DNA of 64,000 nt from contig NC_043012.1 of the NCBI RefSeq assembly GCF_006345805.1, positions 16,678,001-16,742,000 of the forward strand. Reading direction: 5' to 3'. Both the position numbers and the translations under genes were made by a program. The notes under the pieces are model-generated. The model had not been told where the DNA came from. It did not search any database and saw only the letters and a list, made by a program, of their open reading frames with translations. This document shows positions 54,356-64,000 of the stretch, piece by piece (the first letter of the stretch is position 1; each line of letters begins with the position of its first letter). This DNA is from Octopus sinensis. Lineage: Eukaryota.

Positions 54356-55154
54356 GTAAACAATATTTCTTTTATTACTTTCTTCCTTATTTTTCAGTTT
54401 TTTTAATATATTTCTTCTTCTTCTTCTTCTTCTTCTTCTTCTTCTTCTTCTTCTTCTTCTTCTTCTTCTTCTTCTTCTTCTTCTTCTTCTTCCTCCTCCT
54501 CCTCCTTCTTCCTTCTCTTTTTCTTTCCTCTCCTTCTCTTCTACTTTATCTTCTTCTTCCTCATCCACTTCTTCTTCCTCCTCTTTTCTTCTTCTTCTTT
54601 CCCCTCCTTCCCCTCCTCTACTTCTTCTTCCTCCTCTTCCTCCTCCTCTTCTTTTTCATCTTCCACCTCCTTCCTTCCTTCCTTCCTTCCTTCCTTCCTT
54701 CCTTTCTTCCTTCCTCCTCTCCCTACTGTTTCCTTTTCTTTTTTCTCTCCTTATTTTACTGTTTCCTGTGCCACTACCTACCCCTAATATTCCTCACCCT
54801 TGTAACAATCTCAGCAGCTTCTTTCCACTTTCTATCAAAAAATACCTTGGGAATGAAAACCCAAGTTTGATATTTCCCCAAGACACATGATGAAGGCTGG
54901 AGGGTATATCAGCAGAAACATTGTGTTAACGACAAACAAGATGAGGACAAATATCCGTCAAATGTAAATAATGATCAAAATTTTTCATACTCAAACTATG
55001 AGTTACTCACTGACAAAGATATGCTAGAAATAAGATAATTTTGAAAACTGAAGTGAAATTCTTCGATTTTTTTTTTAACTCTTTAACATTCAGATTACTT
55101 TGTCAAAAGTGATGGTTATTTATTCTCATTTTTTGAAATTTTGAGGATATAATT

Positions 55155-55422
55155 AGAAATATTAAATTTCTAAATATCTCATAGAGATATGTATGGTGGT
55201 GGGGCGATAGAACGGTTGTATACTGTCAATTTAACGTGACAGTAGGGGATTACACCACTGCTGTTTAGCCCTAGGAAGCATCGATGCCTCCTGATGGCTT
55301 CGTGTCGAAGGAAGCAAAAAAAAAAAAATGTGTCAAAGCCATCAGGAGGCGTCGATGCTTCCTAGGGCTAAACAGCGGTGGTGTAATCCCCTACTGTCAC
55401 GTTAAATTGACAGTATACAACC
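55155..55422. mobile_element. Insertion with a 12-bp TSD containing an 88-bp-arm inverted repeat
   Basis: gaggatataatt at 55143-55154 and 55423-55434; arms at 55213-55300 and 55336-55423 with 2 mismatches. Confidence 0.8.
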
Positions 55423-55607
55423 GAGGATATAATTGTTTAGGTTTAAATTAACATTGTAGGGTAGGTGTGAGAGGCTGGATCTGGCTAGCTTCAACATAAG
55501 ACAGGTAGAATATTTTGGCTGCATATATAACCAGTTTAAATTATATTCTGTGACAAATTTTTATTTTTCTTATTTTTTTTAATAATTTTATTTTTTTAAT
55601 TATTCAG

Positions 55608-55743
55608 ATCTGACCAACCACCATGAATGCTGGAGCAGCCACAGTGCCAACGTCACTTACGGTCTTTGCAAAGAGCTGATGCAAAGCAAGATGGAATATT
55701 ATTACGACAGACATAAGGGAGATGCTATGCGTTACATCTGCGG
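55608..55743 (+). CDS. Exon 8 (module 2, Cys7-9): DLTNHHECWSSHSANVTYGLCKELMQSKMEYYYDRHKGDAMRYIC
   Basis: T-rich acceptor tattcAG, donor GG|GTAAAT; 136 nt, phase 1 to 2; homologous to both ends of exon 4. Confidence 0.88.
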
Positions 55744-56190
55744 GTAAATCTCTTTTGCAAAATAACAAGTTAAAATATTCCATAAACCATTGTTAGAAAT
55801 TCAAATTAAAATATCATTTATCCAAATTGAAAAATTCCACATTCCACACAGTCTTTCAATAGGAACATGCTTCAACATATATTTAAATATCATGAATAAA
55901 ACAAAGAACTCATAGAACCAGATATTATTGTCTGGACATCTAAGTAGACAATGTCGACAGAGCTTATCTAGGCTAAAAGTATGAATAGTAATTATTGCAA
56001 ATAAAATGTTAATGACTTTTAATTCATTAAAAAATGCTAATTTATTGCATGAAATGTGATGTATAGCTCAGTAGATAGTAATTAGTTTGACTTTTAAACA
56101 AGCACAATTATTCCCATGTACCTTCTAATGTCAGTTTATAAACTAAAGCATGGCTATATTAAGCTTATATTCTGTGAATGAAGTTCCAAA

Positions 56191-56226
<36 letters not shown>

Positions 56227-56773
56227 CCTCGTTGATATCTTGTGATGACTGTAAACAAGCATCACTGTCAAATAAGTGGTGTTGTGACGTTGCTCTCAGT
56301 TCCAATCTTCCATGGGAAACATGTCTGGCCATGGGGAAATGTTACCTTGTTTGGAGACAGCAGGGGTGGCAAGAAGAAGAAGAAGACGATGAAGAAGGAG
56401 GAGGAGGAGGGAACCCAACTGTATAAAACCTGCCTCAACAAGATCCTGTCTGACCCATGCAAGCATGGAAAAGTTGATATTAAAACAATGATGGTGGTGG
56501 TGGTGGTGGTGGTGATGACGATGATGACATGTCTCCCAGTTTTTAAAAGACTTACATGATATCCCTACATAACAGAAGAGGCAAATAAAAGGACTGGTAT
56601 TATGAAGAGCCCTCAACACTGCCTCAAAACAATGATGTCCTACTCATACCCGCACAGAAGTTCATGTAAAAGAAAATGATGATGACGATGATCATGATGA
56701 TGACAACGACGACGATGACGATGATAATGATGATGATGATATATGTATTTTTCTTTTTTTTTTTTTCATTTAG

Positions 56774-56916
56774 ACTTATGTCTGAATTTCAACATTGTGT
56801 GAACATGATAGACTGTGAAGAAGATGCTAGAAATTTCATGGGGAATTTCTTGAGCGAAACCATGCAACCCATCAAAGAGTTCTACCAATGCAATGAGTCA
56901 AGGTACAAAGAAGCTG
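56774..56916 (+). CDS. Exon 9 (module 2, Cys10-12): LMSEFQHCVNMIDCEEDARNFMGNFLSETMQPIKEFYQCNESRYKEA; the CDS continues downstream
   Basis: Acceptor ttcatttAG, donor G|GTAAGT; 143 nt, phase 2 to 1; no stop codon reached. Confidence 0.88.
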
Positions 56917-58867
56917 GTAAGTCGGTTTCATATGAATTTCTTAAATGTCTTATCCAATTAATTTCTTAAATGTCTTATCTAATTAATTTCTTAAATGTCT
57001 TATTTGATTAATTGTTTGTTCTTTTACTGGTTCAAGTGAGGGCTTGGCTTATTGGTTAAGGGGTTTGCTTCTGAAACTCATGGTTTTTGGTTCATTCCTG
57101 CTATGTGGTACCATGGGCAAGTGTCTTCTAGTATAGCCAATGTGTGTGTGTGTGTGGTGTGTGTGTGTGTGTATGTATGTATTTGTGTATATGCATGTGT
57201 GTGATTGTTTGTGTGTGTGTGTTTGCATGTGTATTTTTCTGCGTATGCACGTGTGTACATGTGTGCATGTGTGTGTATGCATGTGTGTGTATGCATGTGT
57301 GTATGCACGTGTATGTGTGCGTGTGTTTGTATGCATGTTAGTGTGTCTGCGTGTGTGTGTGTGTGTGCATGCATGTGTGTGTTTGTGTGTTTGTGTGTGA
57401 ATTTGTGTGTGTATGTGTGTGTATGCATGTGTGTATGTGTGTGTATGTGTGTGTATGCATGCGTGTATGTGTGTGTATGCCTGTGTGTATGCATGCGTGT
57501 GCATGTATGTGTGTATGCATGTGTGTGCATGTATGTGTGTATGCATGTGTGTATGTATGTGTGTGTGTGTGTGTGTTTGTGTGTATGCATGCATGTATGT
57601 GTGTGCATGTGTGTGTATGTGTGCAGGTATGTGTGTGTGCATGCATACATTTCGCCTTGTCTTGACAACACGTGATAGCTGTAACCAAGTGTCACCACCA
57701 CTTAAGGGATGTACTTAGCTTATATGACAACAGGTGTGCATTGATGATGAGGTGGGGGCAAATGGCTGTAGAATATCTGCTTGAACAAATTCTGTCCGAC
57801 CAACGCAATCAAAAGAAAATGGAAAAAAAAAGATGATGATGGTTAACCCTTTCCCTGGGGAATGTTTTTGGAGAAAACATTTCATGTTCAGACAAATGTT
57901 TTTTTATTGCGGTTTTTTTTTGTAGTATTTTTAATGGAAATAACTTTTGTTTTCATCCATTTCCAATATTTTACTTGAAATTTTATTTTGAAGATACCAT
58001 TTTCAGCAAAAACAAGATAACTTGTCTTCCCATATTTTTTCCATATTTTCTTTATTTGTGGCTTTTTTTTCCAACTTAATCATCAAAAGTAAGGGAGAAT
58101 TACACATCTGTTTTACCTTTTTTTTTTAGCAATCTTTTCTTAATATATTTATTTTTCTGAGCTCAAAATCTTGGCATAATTTTCAAAAAGAAAACTAAGA
58201 AAAATCCAACAAATGCCGTAAATTGATGCATAAACTGGTCTGTTGCTGTTTTTGAAATTATATATTTTGGATGAGTTTACTCGTTGCACTCTGGAAAAGA
58301 CAAATTGGATGAAGATGAGTTAACTCATCTTTGCCAGGTCAGGGGTTCTTTAACTATTGACTACTTGTAGGGAGTATCAGTAGGAAGAATCTATTTCCCA
58401 TGTGCACTTCTTGTTTAATGCCCTTGTACACTCGCCACGTATCGACTACCTCTGCTGTTAGTTTCTCCATTATTCCACTACACACGTTTTGTGCTTCCAT
58501 TGTTTACGCTAGGCCATTGATATGAAGCTTCTACCTCATTCTTTCGGGCATAATGAACATGGATATTTCTCTAACAGTTGCTGAGTCCTGTCTTCTTTTC
58601 TTAATCTTGGCTAAGTTTACTTTAAGAAAGCCTAGTTTACCTGTATATATATATATATATATATATATACATGCACACACATACATATATGTGTGTGTGT
58701 GAGTCCACTCTGCAGAGTGGTTGGTGTTAAGAAGGGCATCTAGCTGTAAAACCCTGCCAATACAGCCAATACAGCCACAGTAGCCTGGTGTAGTCTTCTA
58801 CCTGGCTGGCTCTTGTCAAATCCTCCAACCCATGGAAAGTGGACATTAAACGATGATGATGATGAAC

Positions 58868-59350
58868 CAAATTCGATGATTGGCACCCGTGCCAGTGGAG
58901 CGCTAACAGCTCCATCCAAGCGGGATCACTGCCAAAGCAGCTGTCTGGCTTCTGTGCCAGTGGGCATGTAAAAAGCACCATTTGAGCGTGATCATTACCA
59001 GCGTCACCTTACTGGCACTTGTGCTGGTGGCACGTGAACAAAACATTCAAAAGAGGTCATTGCCAGTGCCGCTGGACTGGCTCCTGTGCAGGTGGCATGT
59101 AAAAAACACCATTTTCGAGCATGGCCATTGCCAGTACTGCCAGACTGGCCCTCATGCCGGTGGCACATAAAAGCACCCACTACACTCTCAGAGTGGTTGG
59201 CGTTAGGAAGGGCATCCAGCTGTAGAAACTCTACCAGATCAGATTGGAGCCTGGCGCAGCCATCTGGTTCGCCAGTCCTCAGTCAAATCGTCCAACCCAT
59301 GCTAGCATGGAAAGCGGACGTTAAACGATGATGATGATGATGATGATGAT
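58868..59350 (+). mobile_element. RTE-family 3'UTR copy with internal ggtggcacgtaaaaagcacc repeats and a (GAT)n tail
   Basis: Same terminal sequence as 26260-26450 (gttggcgttaggaagggcatccagctgtagaaac...ccaacccatgctagcatggaaagcggacgttaaacgatgat). Confidence 0.75.
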
Positions 59351-60055
59351 ATATATATATGCCTGTGACCTGACACCCAATATATCCTTGATGAGTCTCC
59401 TCCCAACAACTCATGTTCTTAACACCCAGCCCTCTATTACACTTCTAACTACAACACTATCCACTCAGCTGCGGTAATTATGTGTAAGCTAAACAGTGCA
59501 TATCACATCACCCACCCCTTTTGTGTTACCACTCACTCTCCCTTCTGTTTTTCATATTCATTTTCAGAATTATCCCTCACCACTTTATCTTCCAGTGAAT
59601 GTCCCCTTTTCCCCTGTACACCCTCTCGGTCTGCCAATGGCAGTCCTTACTACCTCTGTTCGTCACCGGCTATTTTCTTCCCAATATATCTCTAACTTCA
59701 TCCCTGGCACTGTGCATCTCTTTTGTCTCCACACACTCCAAATTTTCTGTGCTGCCACCTATTATCCCACTGACCCACACCTATTGCCTCCACCTTATCC
59801 ACACTGGCCAAAACTGATGTTCATCATTGATCACATCTCCACACCCGTTCCCCATACACCACATTCACCTCTGTCTCCATCTCTGTCCATATATCACTCT
59901 CCTTTCACACTCTCGCAATTCTTTGACCAATTTTATCATATCCCACTTCTTATAAATTAAGAGAACACAGTTCTACATTTAAGTGATGAGTAATTATTTA
60001 CATTATTTACATTATTTACATTTGACGGATATTTGTCTTCATCTTGTTTGTTGAT

Positions 60056-60101
60056 AACACAATGTTTCGGCTGATATACCCTCCAGCCTTCGTCAGGTGT
60101 C
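60056..60101 (-). ncRNA. Minimal type-I hammerhead-ribozyme-like motif (degenerate copy)
   Basis: GACAC-CTGACGA-a-GGCTG(loop)CAGCC-GAAA-cat-T-GTGTT: stems I and II pair and the core boxes are present. A sister copy lies at 54882-54927(+). Confidence 0.55.
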
Positions 60102-61478
60102 TTGGGGAAATTTCGAAACAACTTTATCCCCTTAGCAACACCTGAACCAGATATTCAAGTTGTTTTATGTTCAAACCACACATATCAGGCCTTTTGCACC
60201 TATTGTACAATGTCATTCTAAGAATAATCAATCACATCATTGAAATCTCAAGGCTATGAGATAGTGGTTAATAATGTGAGCACACCAGTGGTGTATTGTA
60301 GCTACAACTGTGGTAGTAAGGTGTTAGCATAGCTGTTAATTATGTTGTTATATGACTAGCATGTTGCAGCTAATATTTAATTCTTTATTGCCCACAAGGG
60401 GCTAAACATAGAGAGGACAATCAAAGAATTTGAACTCAGAACGTAGCGGCAGATGAAATACCTATTTCTTTACTACCCACAAGGGGCTAAACACAGAAGG
60501 GACAAACAAAGACAGACATACGGATTATGTTGATTACATCGACCCCAGTGTGTAACTGGTACTTAATTTATCGACCCCGAAAGAATGAAAGGCAAAATAA
60601 ACCTTGGCAGAATTTTAACTCAGAACATAACGGCAAGACAAAATACCGCTAAGCATTTTGCCCGGCATGCTAACGATTCTGCCAGCTCGCCACCCTCAGC
60701 TCACCTGTTACAGCTAATATTGCATTTGCAAAAGTAGCAGTGTAACAGTTGATAATGTTGGTGTAGTAGTTACATAGTGTAGCTGTTACTACAGTAGAGG
60801 CTCTGAGTTACTGATTAATAATACTCTTTTACTCTTTTACTTGTTTTAGTCATTTGACTGTGGCCATGCTGGAGCACTGCCTTTAGTCAAGGAAATCGAC
60901 CCTAGGACTTATTCTTTGTAAGCCTAGTACTTATTCTATCGGTATCTTTTGCTGAACCACCATCGGCTGTCAAGTGATATTGAAGAGACAAACACATACA
61001 CACACACATATATACATTATATATATATATATATATATATGCACGATGAGCTTTTTCCAGTTTCTGTCTACCAAATCCACTCACAAAACTTTGGTCAGGC
61101 CGAGGCTATAGTAGAAGACACTTGCCCAAGGTGCCACCCAGTGGGACTGAACCCAGGACCATGTGGCTGGTAAACAAGCTACTTACCACACAGCCGCTCC
61201 TATAACATTCATATGTTGTAGTAATTATCAAAACAATGGGATAAAAATAAGAACTTGTGAGTGCTAAAGGGTCAGATAAGTTTTAACTCTTATGATGATC
61301 TCATCAGTGAGGTCATAAAAGTTTGCTGTATTTGTTAAAATAATGTTAAGAGTATCATTAAATGAATATACAAGATTTTTAAAGTGGTTTGTGTATGAAA
61401 ATAAAATTGCTTAAAGAACAGATTACTCAGAGATGACAGCTTTATAAAGACCAAACAATAAAGTTATTATCATTATTA

Positions 61479-61537
<59 letters not shown>

Positions 61538-61888
61538 CATTATTATTATTATTATTATTCAGGTCACTACCGGGAATCAAACTCTTTGGGTTTGTAGCCC
61601 ATGCTCTTAACCACTTCGCCATAAGCCCGTGGGCAATTGTGGAATGACTTTCTTTTAGGTCTTATAAATCTAATATTTTCCTATCCTTCCTTAATACTGG
61701 TTCCCATATACTATTCATATCTGTACTCGGTCTGCTTAGGAGGTTATTGTGTCCTAGCATATGTGCTGCTTCTTTTAGTTTTCGTATTTTCCAGTGGTGT
61801 TCTCTGTCTATTATTTTAACTTCATCCCATAGTGGTTAAGAGCACAGGCTACTATCCCCAAGATTCCGAGTTCAATTCCGGGCAGTGA

Positions 61889-61981
<93 letters not shown>

Positions 61982-61982
<1 letters not shown>

Positions 61983-62970
61983 TTAAAGACTGTGTATCAA
62001 ACTCGAGAGCTTAATGAGATACTCAGCCCAAAGTAAGGAAACCTTGCTAGTGACAGTTAGGAACAAGGGAATATTGAGAGTAGAGAAAAAGGGGGAAACA
62101 AAAGAAGTAGGAAAAGGATATGAAGAAGAATGGACAACACAATCAATTGCATGTAGACACAGCAAACGTTGCTTGAAAAAATAGGTGAGATTGGCTAAAG
62201 AAAGGAAACCACCCTTCCTCCCATTACCAAAAAAAAGACCAAGAGCACTATACTGGCAGCACAAGACCAAGCTTTGGTCACGAACTGGATCAACCTTAGG
62301 AATGAGCAAGTGTCTCCGCTGTGCTGCATATGCAATAGAGTAGATGAAACCATTCCCCATATCACAAACGAAGGCCCTAGACTTGCCCAAAACCACTACA
62401 AGTTGTGGCAACATGACCAAGTAGTGAAAGTGCTACACTGGAAACTGTGCAAAAAATGGGGGCTAGAGATGCAAGACGTGGTATGAGCGCAAATCCCAGA
62501 GAGTAACAGAGTTGGAGACAATCAAAATCCTCTGGGATTTCCCAATCCAAACAGATCAGGTGCTAGAGTGCAACAGACTGGACCTAGTGGTAGTGAACAA
62601 GGTGCACCATACGTGCATGCCCCTTTGACCCACGAATAGTCAAGAAGGAAGGCAAAAAGATAGATAGATACAACCCTATTAAGTACAAAATACCCTAGCT
62701 TTTTGAAAATGAAGAAGGTGGAGATAGTGCCAATTATTGCTGGGTCCTTGGGAACAGTATCAGAGGGTATCAAGGGAAATATAAAGGAAATTGGAATAGA
62801 GTGTCCAGTAGAACTGTTACAAAATATTTGCCTCCTTTGCACATCCAGAATAATTAGGAAAGTATTAGAGAGCTGAAAAGAACAGATAGCATGATACTGT
62901 AGGCTGCAGGTAGCAAGCCTGCTACACATGCAAGACTCCAGGAGCTCTGACAAAACCTGTTATAAAGAGA

Positions 62971-63020
<50 letters not shown>
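61982..63020 (+). mobile_element. 5'-truncated R4/Dong-like non-LTR retrotransposon in a (TAA)n tract
   Basis: ILAAQDQAL, C..C....ET..HI, HDQV..LHW.LC, KILWDFPIQTD, NRLDLVVV and VPIIAGSLG; (TAA)n on both sides (61893-61981 and 62973-63020). Confidence 0.85.
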
Positions 63021-63022
<2 letters not shown>

Positions 63023-63439
63023 GTTTCAAATTGTTGTGTCCTAGCATATTTTCCAGTGGCGTTCTCTGTCTTTATAATAACTTCATCCCACAGGGGAAAT
63101 TATAATAAGACATGTGATATTCATTTGATATCCTATAAAAGACTGATTTGGATTAACGAGATAATATTGTTCTGTGCCTGTTAAGCAAAGGTAGTGTAAA
63201 ATTCATAAATCTTATATAAGTCAGTAAGTTTCAAAAAAAGGTTCTAATTAATTCATAAATGCTGACTGGAATTACCAATGATCATAAATACATATACAAA
63301 GAATCGAATCATGGGAGAGAAACAATCTAGAGGAAATTCAAGGTTTAGCTAAAAAGTGCAGCTAAACTGGATGATATTACTCTAGGAGGGGGTATATATG
63401 AGCAACATTTGCAAAAATTAGCAAATCTAAAAATTATAC

Positions 63440-64000
63440 AAAGAGGCAGAGGCAAGTGTGTGACACTTTGTGAAGACCTGTTGAGGCAGATGTGCATACC
63501 TTCCTTCTTATGACACTTATGAAGACCTGTTGAGGCAAGTGTGTGACACTTGTGAAGACCTGTTGAGGCAGAGGCAAGTGTGTGACACTTTGTGAAGACC
63601 TGTTGAGGCAGAGGCAAGTGTGTGACACTTGTGAAGACCTGTTGAGGCAAGTGAAAATCAAACCAAATCAAAATAGATGAACATCAATGGAATTTGTATC
63701 TTTGTGGTACCAGTACCGGTGGCACACAAGAAAACCATCCGAACGTGGCCGTAGCCAGTACCGCATCGACTGGCCTCTGTGATGTGGGCACATAACAAAC
63801 ACCATCCGATCGTGGTGGCCCCTACCTGGGACGTAGTCAGTCCACCTGTGCATACCTTCCTTCTTGTGACACTTGTGAAGACCTGTTGAGGCAAGTGAAA
63901 ATCAACAAATCAAAAAATCAAAAACAAATCAAAATAGATGAACATCAATGGAATCTGTATCTCTGTGGTACCAGTGCCGGTGGCACACAAGAAAACCATC
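63440..64000 (+). repeat. Nested tandem repeats (~33-40-bp unit gtgtgacacttgtgaagacctgttgaggcagaggcaa, plus a larger duplicated block), likely a LINE 3'UTR
   Basis: The unit is repeated about 5 times at 63455-63652; 63625-63740 is repeated at 63865-64000. Confidence 0.75.

Noticed and set aside
54356-54870. Phe/Leu-rich extension of ORF 54232-54870 as a membrane anchor
   Set aside because: It is a (TTC)n/(TCC)n microsatellite downstream of the exon 7 donor.
58371-58525. Candidate terminal exon 10 after ctacttgtAG (open ~50 codons to a TGA)
   Set aside because: Weak pyrimidine tract, no module-like Cys pattern, and it lies among repeat debris; it cannot be supported.
61825-61892. tRNA gene
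   Set aside because: It has A/B boxes but no complete cloverleaf, and it has a TAA tail and an inverted sister copy; it is a SINE head.

Overview
AT-rich eukaryotic genomic DNA packed with microsatellites, SINEs and LINEs. The repeat families look like those of octopod cephalopods (inference from repeat content, not proven). Almost all entries in the ORF track are microsatellite artefacts. Hidden among the repeats is one + strand spliced gene that I assembled by hand from 9 GT-AG exons (10366-56916, 2068 nt, 689 codons, all phases compatible, no stop yet, so it probably continues past the window). It has a TATA/Inr promoter, a signal-peptide exon and two tandem 12-Cys modules of 4 exons each. 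Module 1 carries a 312-aa Cys-free Asn/Tyr/Asp-rich block insertion where module 2 has 23 aa. The rest of the window holds an 87-bp satellite array (1-5150) interrupted by a CR1 LINE and a hAT MITE, decayed Tc1/mariner, RTE and R4/Dong-like elements, and many SINEs. It also holds a 25-bp minisatellite carrying AP-1 sites, several near-perfect fold-back palindromes inside introns, and several minimal hammerhead-ribozyme-like motifs in inverted Penelope-like repeats.
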